From: Cladosporium halotolerans
Lineage: Eukaryota
DNA length: 64,000 nt
Assembly (NCBI RefSeq): GCF_011745625.1
Contig: NW_027191454.1
Location: 186,001-250,000, forward strand
Reading direction: 5' to 3'
Shown piece by piece: positions 46,355 to 56,577 of the stretch. Within the stretch, counting starts at the first letter, position 1. The number at the start of each line of letters is the position of its first letter. The position numbers and the translations under genes were made by a program. Below the pieces are notes generated by a model. It was not told the origin of the DNA, ran no database searches, and saw nothing but the letters and a program-made list of their open reading frames with translations.

Positions 46355-48327
46355 ATGTCAGTATCTTCAGGCGGTCCGGGATCTGGGCCGTCCACATCTG
46401 ATCGGCCCAAGAAACTTCAGCGCATCTCTCAGGCCTGCGACCTATGCCACCGTCGCAGCATCCGCTGTCGTCCGAGCACCGAGAACCCTCAGTATCAGTG
46501 CCAGAATTGCTACGACTTTGGGGTCGACTGCACGTACAAGCGACCTTCCAGGCGACGCCGCAACCCCTCTGTATCTGGCGGCCAGCCTGCACAGCCCAAT
46601 GTTTTGCCAAACCAACAACAGTCTTCGAATCGGGTATGCTCACCGTCCCTTCTCTATCATCTTTGCGTCACTAACACGTGTTAAAGGCCAAGTCACCCAG
46701 CGAGCCGATTCTCGATGGACCAAACGGCACCCTTGAGCCATCATCAAGTCGCGCGTCTGATTACACCGGCGCGTTTTCTGCGGTTCGAGAAGGGCGCTCT
46801 GAGGATCTCATAGCATGGCGTTCATTTGCGTTTTCTAGCCTGGAGACCATCGAGCAACTGCTTCGGATATATGTGGACGTCGTATACCCGATCTATCCAC
46901 TGTTTCACGGACCGTCACTATGGGATCGCATCGGTAAACGCGAGCACCTGTACGACCGCGGATTCTTTGCTTCGATCATGGCCGCTTGCGCCCTGGCCTC
47001 CGCAAGAGCGCGAGACGGAGCTCTTTCCGACAGCCACAAGTTCTCCAAGAACGGCATGGAACAACAATCCGAGATGTTCTATTCGGCTGCTTCGGAAGCG
47101 ATATTCAAGGACTTGAACAAGGCCCAAGGCGTGGGCTATCTGCGAGCATGCGGACTACTTGCGATGACCGCCCTGCAATATGGACAAATTGCATCCATGC
47201 ACCAGCATCTCGGCAACTTTTGCACGCTTTCGGCGATGCAGCAGTTTCACGACGAAGCTCACTGGCCGCAGAGCATTTCATTGATTGAGAAGGAAGAACG
47301 TCGGCGCCTGTACTGGTCAATGTATAACCTCGATGTTCTGGCTGCAGTGGTTTTCAATGGCGTCATGAAGTTTCAAGAGACGAGCGCAAATGTCCTCTAT
47401 CCGTCAGAAGTCGACGATGAGCAGATCACCCTGACTGCCTGCATCCCAACTACCGAATGGAACTGGCTCCGGGGCTGGAACTTCACTACAGATCTGTACC
47501 GGGTTCTGGAGCACACCATCAAGCGAGTGAGGCGCAATCATCAGAGCCATAAGAATGACAGGCTCCAGCTCACCCAATTGCTGGCCCCGGAGAACTTCAA
47601 CAACACGCAAGTGGCAGATGGCGTTTGGGGACTATATCAGCAGCTTCCGAGTCGCTTTAGGAATTACACTGTTCCTGTTACAGGGATACCCTCCGAGGAC
47701 CTGTTTGGATTCCAGGCAGCTAACATACAGGCGACCATGCAGCTACTTCGCATGACGCTCTTCTCTGTTGATCTCCATCATGATGTCTACCAGAAATGCG
47801 ATGTAGCCAAGGAGCTCTTGTCGACCTTGCACAGCATCTGTCCGCGTTTTCTTACGGCAATCAGCACGCCTTTAGTCTACCACCTTGGCGGCATTGGACA
47901 CATCCTCGCATCCGTCATGGAAGGCTCTCTTACCGAAGATTCATATCAGCGCGTCCGATCCTTGTTAGTGTCGATGGCTGATCTCTTGGAAGGCCTCGAA
48001 TCCGGCCTCCAGCCAACAGCTGGCGCGAGCAAGGGACTGCGCTCACAAGTCGACAAGATCGATCGCTACATGCAGGCGCAGCGCTCGACATCCGCCTACG
48101 GCTCCAGCATGATGGACGCGCAGCCCATGGCAACCTACTCCGGCCAGAGAGCAGGATACCCTCAGCCGCAGGCGCCAAGGGGCACCGCGGGAGGACCGTA
48201 CCCGCTGCAGCAGCTCCCGGCGCAGTTCCAGGTGCCTCAAGAAGTGGTTGGAGTGTGGCCCTGGCCGTTCGAGCCGCAGAATGATCCGTCGCACCCGTCT
48301 GTCAATATGCAAGGCTTTGACGGCTGA
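46355..48327 (+). CDS. Zn(II)2Cys6 transcription factor with fungal-specific middle domain
   Basis: Cluster CDLCHRRSIRC-x10-CQNC-x6-C; intron 46634-46686; middle region YPIYPLFH and EKEERRRLYWSMYNLD. Confidence 0.9.
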
Positions 48328-49796
48328 ACAGGAGGAAGATACATGAATATACTGGGACGTCGGCTGCATCTGGCTTCCGAAGGGGGATGCGAGCCGCGTC
48401 AAAAATTTTCTCTGCGTTACAAGTACAACAGCGTCGGCGTTTGGGACCTGGATATACCCGCATTATGCAACAGCGGTGCTTTACATTTCTTTAGTTTTTC
48501 TTTTGCGGGACGGGCAAGATGAGGACGAGGTCGGAAAAGTAACTGTAATCGACAGTGATTGCTCGAAGACGCTTTTTGTAGCGAAAGTATGAGACTGGAG
48601 TTGAACGACAGACCGCAAGGTCACTACTGCACCATCTTTGCCACGATGTCACTCCAGAGTACGAGTCAGGCTAGCTTGCGGGACTGTCCATTGTGTCATC
48701 AGCCATCAGTCTTCTCGGACCGCCTACGAGAATTCGCGATTGACGAAGACCGATGAAGACGGGTTCGCTGAACCATGCGGTATATTGTATCTTGCGCGCC
48801 GTAGCTGCAACCACGAGGCTTGTCGGTCGACCGAATATCTGGCATGAAGACTGGAGCAAAAATCAATCCTCATGTTCCAATTCTGAGTACTAATGTTTGA
48901 CAGTCGCGCTGGCGATGACTAGGAGCACTATGACTCTCCACAGGTACGGAAGCTTTGTTCTCGATTTCCGCAACTAAGATCACTGCAATCCATGGAGACA
49001 TGAGAGCACATTCAAGCCGTTCGGCGTTGTATCAACTAGCCACCACAGGATGTCGCCAGAGGCTGACCAACAGCCTGAAACTGCAATAACATACATTTGG
49101 TCCACAGAATTGACATTATGGATCCATCATCGTCGTTTTTGGGTGCAGTTCACTTGTATCGTTAGTGTCAGATGCGTACTCTTGTGAACATGAGAGGGTT
49201 TTCAGAAAAAAGCGCTCATGAACAACGACGCTTTATTCTGAGGAAGAGACTAGAGAGCACTAACAAATCACACCATGATCTAGTCTGCGTATTTGCATAT
49301 CACGCAATCGAGAGGGCGCTGCCCTGCCCCAGCATTGAGCAACGGACCCGTCGAGGCTCACGGGGATCAAGCTTTGTCGGGACGCAGAAATCTCAGACTT
49401 CGGGCTTTGCAAAGCCGGGCCGAAGGCTTGTACCTACCCATTTCGTCCATTGCGAATCGACAGAGTATATCACGAAGGCATGCATGATCAAGATAGCCTT
49501 CTTCGTTTGCTGGCAGAATAATAACGCGAGCCATATTCGCCTGGCCCACGATGGACGACCTGCCCCAGTGCAGATTGAATTTTTAGCTAAGAAAAACGCT
49601 TAGTCTGAACGGACTGAACCCCATCGTGTGGAGGAAAGAATGGGTTTCGAGATGCGGCCCGACTGGCCCATGGCACTACGGCGGCCCGTGGGAGGACACA
49701 GACTGTTGTCAACGTCCCTACTAAAGCCTCTGCTACTCACGTCGTCGTCACGACTCGACCGCGCCGGCCTCTCTTCAGAGATTGCATTCTGCCAGC

Positions 49797-51713
49797 ATGG
49801 ATAACACGGAGCTGGGCTACCCTGCGAAGGGAACCACGACGACCACCGTCCAGCATGACTCTGGATCCGAGGGCCGAAAGGGTTTCGGAGGTTTCGTCGA
49901 CTCCTTCAAGCCTGCGCCCTCCGGAGGGATCTCGCCTTCGGTCAAATCGCTAGCTGACAGCGCCGATGTGCAACAGGCCGATCAGCTCTCCCAGGGACTC
50001 AAGAGCCGCCACTTGCAGATGATCGCTATCGGAGGATCGATTGGAACTGGACTGTTTGTGGGCTCCGGATCTGCTTTGTCCACTGGAGGCCCCGCGTCTG
50101 TGGTTATTGGCTTCGCGCTGGTCGGTATCATGATCTATTGCACTGTGCAGGCTCTGGGCGAGTTGGCGGTGCAGTTCCCGATTGCTGGTTCGTTTGCGGC
50201 CCATGCCTCGCGATTCGTCGATCCTGCGTAAGTTTATCGTGAGCTAGGTAATGTTGTTTGCTCAGTACCGCTAACACTTGAATTCAGATGGGGGTTTGCC
50301 ATGGGCTGGAACTATGCTCTCCTGTGGCTGATCTCACTTCCTCTTGAGATTATCGCTGCTTCGATCACAATTTCGTTCTGGAAAAGTGCCGCTGACATCG
50401 ACCCTACGGTTTGGGTTGCAATCTTCTTCGTTGCCATCACGGTGATCAACTTGTTTGGTGTCAAGGGTGAGTCTTGTGCGATAACGGAGCTCAAGAATCA
50501 ATTCTAATCTGTTCAAAGGATACGGCGAAGCCGAGTTCGTCTTCTCTATCATCAAGGTCATTGCAGTTATTGGCTTCATCATTCTAGGAATAATCATCGA
50601 CTGCGGTGGTGTCCCCGGCGACGACAGAGGCTACCTCGGTGCACGCACATGGTACGAACCCGGAGCATTCAACAATGGCTTTAAGGGACTCTGCAGTGTG
50701 TTCATCACAGCCGCTTTCGCTTTCTCTGGAACGGAGCTCGTCGGTCTTGCTGCAGCCGAGACGCAGAACCCCAGAATCGAGCTTCCAAAAGCTATCAAGC
50801 AGGTCTTCTGGCGTATCTTGCTTTTCTACATGGTCTCCTTGACTATCGCCGGATTGCTTGTTCCCTACGACGACCCTCGTCTTCTCGGAAGCAGTGACAC
50901 TGACGCCAATGCGTCGCCTTTCGTGATCGCGATCAGGGATGGTGAGTGACGGCTCCAGCGTCGTCTGCCTGTCTTCCGGTTCTCACTGACATTCTCATCA
51001 CAGCTGGAATAAGTGGCTTGCCCTCCGTCATGAACGCTGTCATCATGATTGCCGTTCTCTCCGTCGGCAACAGCTCGATCTACGCCAGCTCTCGCACACT
51101 CGCTGCCCTTGCCGAGCAAGGCCAGGCTCCTAAATCTTTCGCGTACATCGACCGCGCCGGCCGTCCGTTGGTCAGCATTCTCGTCTCGTCTGCCTTCGGC
51201 CTTCTCTGCTTCATCGTTGCGGCTGGCGAGAACGCACAGTCAGAAGCCTTCACGTGGATGCTCGCCATCTCCGGTCTCAGCCTAATCCTGGCCTGGCTCA
51301 GCGTGTGTCTATGCCACATCCGTTTCCGCGCCGCGTGGAAGAAGCAAGGCCGTCGTCTCGACGAACTGGCTTTCCGGTCCCAGACCGGCGTCATTGGATC
51401 CTACATCGGCCTGATCTTCAACTGCCTCGTTCTCATTGCCCAGTTCTGGATCGGAGCCTTCCCTGTGGGCTGGCGTGAGATGACCGCAGCCGATCAAGTT
51501 GAGTCGTTCTTCCAGGCATACCTTGCGGCGCCTGTGGTTCTGGCTTTCTACTTCGGCTTCAAGATCTGGAAGCGTACTTCCATCCACACAGCTTCGACGA
51601 TCGACATCACCACTGGTACGCGTGAGATCAACTTGCCTAAGATCCTAGAGGAGGAGCGCCAGGAAAGGATGACATGGCCGGCTTGGAAGAGGTGCTATAG
51701 GTTTTTCTGCTAG
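49797..51713 (+). CDS. Amino acid permease (YAT family, Gap1-like)
   Basis: Motifs [54 protein letters not shown] and a C-terminal FFC. Introns 50228-50287, 50467-50518 and 50942-51003. Confidence 0.92.
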
Positions 51714-51856
51714 ATCGAAAGTTTTGCCTCTCAACAGGCTATCTGTTCAATAATACAATAATGCAGCCAGACGGGCGAGGCGGACCGTCAAAGATTCCGT
51801 ATGATACATTTTCTCGTGATCTCCCACCTCCCCGTTCTCACCCGATCTCATTTCTT

Positions 51857-52711
51857 TTATTGAGCAGCAGCAGCAGCAGCAGCAGCAGCCGCAGGCTCGG
51901 CAGGCTCGGTAGGCGCAGCAGGTGCAGGCGCAGCAGCAGCAGCACTCACTTTGCCATGGAACGTCAAAGTCGCGAATCCTCCCGGCTTGCCCTCGAAGGA
52001 CTTCTCCTTCGCGCCCTTCACGCTCTGCGCGACACTCCTAATCTTCGCCAGCACATCCTGGCACTCCGCCGGCGACGCCTTGCGGCCCCTTTTCTTACTC
52101 GCAAGCACAATCTCCACCCTCCTGCCCTCCGCCAAAAACTCCTTAACCTTATCCAACCGATGCCCCAAATCATTCCCATCAATCGCCCAGTTCAGCTCCA
52201 GCGTCTTGACGCTGTTCTCCTTCTGCGCCGCCTGCTTATTCTCCTTCTGTACCGCTTTGCGCCGCTTGTCCGCCTCGTAGCTCTCCTTCTTGTCCACGAT
52301 CTTGCATACCGGAATGGAATTAGGGTCCGCCGGGTCGTCAGGCACAACCTGCACCAGGCGATGCGTCTTCTGGTCGAGGTTTTGGAGCACGCCCCAGCGC
52401 GGAGTGGGCTCCTCGAGCCGGTTGGTCTCGGGGTTCACGAGGATGATCCATTTGCCTTTGATTTCTTCGTTCCATTTCTGCTCGCGCTTTTGCGGGGCTT
52501 TATTGGCGTTTTTGCGTTTGACGAAGAATTTGGAGGGTGAGCTGCTGAAAGAGCGAGTCTGAGGGGAGAGGTGCTGTTTGGGCGTGGCGGCGAGGTTCCG
52601 GTTCAGCCACTGTGGTCGCGCTGTTCGTGATGTGGAGAGCGCTGGCTGTACGAAAACGTTGTAGAGTGCCTTGTAAGGACTGGCCGTGTGAGAGATGTGT
52701 TTGGAGACCAT
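51857..52711 (-). CDS. Mitochondrial translation initiation factor IF-3
   Basis: Presequence-like N-terminus (TRSFSSS), WNEEIKGKWIILVN, PVCKIVDK, VKTLELNWAIDGNDLGHRL..FLAEGRRVEI, and an Ala/Pro tail. Confidence 0.85.
   Translation of the reverse strand: MVSKHISHTASPYKALYNVFVQPALSTSRTARPQWLNRNLAATPKQHLSPQTRSFSSSPSKFFVKRKNANKAPQKREQKWNEEIKGKWIILVNPETNRLEEPTPRWGVLQNLDQKTHRLVQVVPDDPADPNSIPVCKIVDKKESYEADKRRKAVQKENKQAAQKENSVKTLELNWAIDGNDLGHRLDKVKEFLAEGRRVEIVLASKKRGRKASPAECQDVLAKIRSVAQSVKGAKEKSFEGKPGGFATLTFHGKVSAAAAAPAPAAPTEPAEPAAAAAAAAAAQ
51863..51889. repeat. (AGC)9 microsatellite encoding the poly-Ala C-terminus of IF-3
   Basis: Nine perfect AGC units. Confidence 0.9.
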
Positions 52712-52994
52712 AATTGACGGTAATACGATCGGGCGCGTGTGTGTGTGAAGCGTGCGGTGTGAGGACAAGATGTTGTCGATATGCGGAGATGCTCCAAGCT
52801 CGAAGCTGGAAATGCGATGCGGAGGAATTCCAGGGAGCCGAATGTCACGTGCAACATTTCTCCAAACAGCGATGAGTTGCGCGTTCAAGCTTGAGTACAA
52901 TCTTGACGGGAGACTAATGTAGTTGCTTGTCGGGGATTACAATGATGATGATATAAATACAAATGCTGTACAGAATCCCACAGGCATTCCCCAT

Positions 52995-54360
52995 CTACCT
53001 GTACCGGCTTCCAGGCAGCTTCTTGTACGGCAATGGCTCGATCTTCTTCCTCTTGAATTCGATGTCTCCGCCGATGACACCAGCGCGCTCCATGACACCC
53101 GCGGTTCCTTCGTCGTACACCGTTCTGAACAGGTCCGCACCAACAGGCTTCAAGTCCTGAGTCGTGTTGAAGGACCGGAGAATGAAACCATGACGCTTGG
53201 TGTAGCGGCCAGCTTCCTTAATCTTTGCAACGTCAATCTCCTGCGATCGGCATGCGGAGTCCGCAGCAGACTCGAGTTTGGGCTGCTCCATAATGAAGAT
53301 AGCAAGACGCTGATAAGGCAAGCCCTTCTGCGAGTAAGGGGCCAGCCAAGGCAGGATGACCTGCTTCTCACTCAAATCTCCCAGCCTCACCATGGTCTCG
53401 GTGGGCGAAATGCGCACGTTGCTTGCAAGGTAGTGGCATCTGTAATCGAAGCCGTCCTTCTTGACGTTAGGAACATCTGGGTCAACGACCGCAACGGTGT
53501 ATAAACGTTCGCCCTGATCGTATGGCTGAATTTCCAAGAAAGGTGCGATCTCGGAGACTCGCGAATCAACAATCTCTCCGTGTTGCACATTTCGCCGGCC
53601 AAACATGAGCGACGTAGAGACAACCGGGTCGACTGCCGGGAGGACGTCAGGAACAACATTCATCTGAGTAATACGCTGCATGAGGACCTGGCGTTTGTAA
53701 CTGCGCCACTTCTTGTCGGCGAGGTGGCGGTAGATCGGCTTGTTCATGTCGCCTAAAGATAGGCTTGTCAGCACACACGGGCTCAGGCTTGCACCAAATC
53801 AGTGGACGTGACATACCCTGCTTATCTTCAAACGTTTTCTTGACCATAGGATCGTTGATGTCGGCCAGTATCTTCAAGTGATCCAGACTTTCCCTCATCG
53901 ACTTGAGCCTGTGATTCTTGCGGCCCTCATCTTGGGGCGCCACATTTTGCGCCTGCAACCGCTCCATGCGCTCCCTTTGCACTCTGATCTGCTCGAGCTT
54001 TTCTTTCCTATCCTCCTGCAATACCTTTCGCGCCTCCTGGAAGCATTGGAAAGGAAGCTGCTCAAAGGGAATGTTCTGGGTCTGCTTAAGCATGTAACGC
54101 CTGCGACGAGAGGCCACAGGCTGCTTGCCGGTTTCGGCGACCACGCGACGTTCCTGAGATGGTCTGGAGACGAGCTCCGGGTTCATGGACATGGGTTGCC
54201 TCGCGGGCGGAGGAGCGGTTTCGGTCGAGGCGGGATCATTTGTCGTCTCCAGGAGAGCGGCGCGAGAGGTGGTGAAGGTGCGGATGGGCAACGCTGCCCT
54301 TTCGTGCTTGGTGCACTGTAGGCATCGCGCCAGTGGGCGGGCGCCCTTTTCGAATGCCAT
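52995..54360 (-). CDS. MRPL35: Mitochondrial large ribosomal protein mL38 (PEBP domain)
   Basis: Motifs FEQLPFQCFQEARKVL, ADINDPMVKKTFED, DMNKPIYRHLA, VVPDVLP, YTVAVVDPDVP, QKGLPYQRL. Intron 53753-53816. Confidence 0.9.
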
Positions 54361-54558
54361 TGTTTCGCTGAGTCGGCACGCGAGCGGGTAGGATTGCTGG
54401 CTGCTCTCAAGTTGCTGGCGCGGGATCAATTTGCGGCGTTCGACGGAGGTGCCAGCGAAAGCCATCCAGCGCCGACTTTTGGCTGACACCCCCGAGCCCG
54501 TTCCCTGCGACAGCAATCGACCACCCAACACCGCCAGGCTCGGTATCACACAGCAACA

Positions 54559-55587
54559 ATGGCATCACGCAGGGCCGCAGGCCCGGCCAAGCAGCTGTTC
54601 AGCGGCTTCCGACTCTCTCAGCGAGCATCGCAACAGCCATGCCTTGCCCGCGGCATGGCCACCACCACCGAGGCTCCGAATGCCACTCTCTCCAAAACCT
54701 ACGACGATGCGCATCTCGCTTCGGCACCCACAGAGCCCGTCCTTAAAGACAACGTATCTGTGCCCCCTCCCAATACCCAGCAATCCGCGCCCACTCCCAG
54801 GTCATTCCGGCCAACGCGGAACCCTTTCCTCAGCACCACACAATGCACCCTTTACGACTTTCCCTCCTTCGAACCCACCGCTTTTGCAACATACCCAAGC
54901 ACGCACCTTCAGGTGCCTATGCGAAAAGATCTGCTCCACCGCGCAGTCATCTACGAGGGTGACATGACCCGCCAGGGCACCGCATCCACCAAATGGCGCA
55001 AAGAAGTGCACGGCTCGAACCGCAAGGTGAGACCACAGAAGGGCACCGGCAGCGCACGACTCGGCGACAAGAAGAGTCCCATGCTCAAGGGCGGTGGTGT
55101 CGCGTTCGGCCCCAAGCCCAGAGATTTCAGCACGGAGCTGCCGAAGAAGATATACCACCGGGCTTTCAGGACGGCGATCAGCTACCGCTACAGCAAGGGC
55201 GAGCTGATAGTTGTGGACGGCGATATCGAAATCGATGTCGCCGACGGCAGCTTGGAGAGGTACATGAGGGACTTCCTGGCCTGGCAAAACATGGGACGCG
55301 GGGGCGGCAGGACTCTCTTCGTCACTCTTGACCGGAGAGAAAACCTGTTTACCGCTTTGGAGGGCGAGAACATGGGCCGCCACGCGAGGGCGCTCGAGGT
55401 CGATTACGTGGACGTGAAAGACATGCTGGAGCTTGGAAGGGTGGTGATTGAGAAGGCTGCGCTGGAAGCGATGTTCTTGGAGTACCAGAGCGATGTGCTC
55501 GACATGCACGCGTTTGGAAATAAGAGGCCCCACGGAATCAGGCGATTGGAAGCGTTGGGCCGGTCAGACAAGCTTTATAATGCTTAG
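54559..55587 (+). CDS. YML6: Mitochondrial large ribosomal protein uL4m
   Basis: L4 signature RQGTASTKWRKEVHGSNRKVRPQKGTGSARLG..SPMLKGGGVAFGPKPRDF, with an N-terminal presequence. Confidence 0.93.
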   Translation: MASRRAAGPAKQLFSGFRLSQRASQQPCLARGMATTTEAPNATLSKTYDDAHLASAPTEPVLKDNVSVPPPNTQQSAPTPRSFRPTRNPFLSTTQCTLYDFPSFEPTAFATYPSTHLQVPMRKDLLHRAVIYEGDMTRQGTASTKWRKEVHGSNRKVRPQKGTGSARLGDKKSPMLKGGGVAFGPKPRDFSTELPKKIYHRAFRTAISYRYSKGELIVVDGDIEIDVADGSLERYMRDFLAWQNMGRGGGRTLFVTLDRRENLFTALEGENMGRHARALEVDYVDVKDMLELGRVVIEKAALEAMFLEYQSDVLDMHAFGNKRPHGIRRLEALGRSDKLYNA

Positions 55588-55686
55588 ATTTGTATACCTA
55601 TCTACTGTAAAACATTCTCATATTCCAACAGCTACAGTCATTCTCGCACAGTCCACCTGCTGTTCGCCCAGAAGGATGTTCAGCCT

Positions 55687-56094
55687 CTATGCCTCACCTG
55701 CACCTCGAATATCAGCACGTCTTATGTCACACTGAGGGCTATCTTCTACTCACGAATACACTCGTATCGCAGCCCGATAATCGAGGTCTCGCTGCCCTTC
55801 AACTCACAGCGTCCGTGGCACAGCACGCCCTGCTGATCGTTGTCGGCTTGTTCGGTAGAAATACAGCCATCGGCACAGTCGCTGGCTATATTCGACGCTG
55901 TCAGTTTTCGTGACATTCATCGCCCAATGCACTCTGCAGCGTTGGCTTCACTCACGGCTGGTGTAGATGCCTCCCTTGATAAACTCGCCGGCGATCTCAC
56001 ACGGAGGCAGGTCGTTGATTTGGCGGGAACGAAGAGTAGGAGAGGCCATGGCGATGCTAGCCAGGAGGGCCATGATGGAGAGTGAGGCTTTCAT
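55687..56094 (-). CDS. Small secreted cysteine-rich protein (93 aa, 6 Cys)
   Basis: Exons 56094-55956, 55885-55754, 55697-55687; introns GTGAGT..CTGAC..TAG and GTGAGT..CTGAT..CAG. Product MKASLSIMALLASIAMASPTLRSRQINDLPPCEIAGEFIKGGIYTSPSDCADGCISTEQADNDQQGVLCHGRCELKGSETSIIGLRYECIREA. Confidence 0.85.
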
Positions 56095-56577
56095 TGTGGG
56101 AATTTTATGATTCGCTTGAAGGGTCAGGTGATGCTGCCGGGTGAACAATTCAATCATTAGCAAGGGCAGTTTGTCTCCTATTTATTCTCAAGAGCATTAT
56201 AATGACATAGTGTTCAGCCGCATATTCTGTCCAATTGTTGCCTCGCAACATTGACGAGTCAACGTTGGATGAACGCTGCCCAGATGAGAACCAACAATGG
56301 TCTGAATCCTGTAGGAAGCTACCTGACGAGTATGTTTGTCGGTTGTCTAATTTACGAGAAGGTCTTGGCTCAGAGGACTTCAATCCCTGTGTAGCGCGCT
56401 AGACACGAGGTAATATGATGTCGTTGTGGAGATGGAAGACGTCTGGCGTTTCTTGGAGAAATCCTTCGCTGCTCGGCGTGGGATTGGTGGATCAACGGAT
56501 CTCCATGTACTCGTTACGATGAATCGATCATTGGCAGTACACACATCATGTTACAATAGCCCCGTAACTCGACCCAC

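Noticed and set aside
51857..51949. GTGAGT donor-like site just before the Ala-rich tail of IF-3
   Set aside because: No convincing branch point and acceptor nearby; the reading frame closes normally at 51857.
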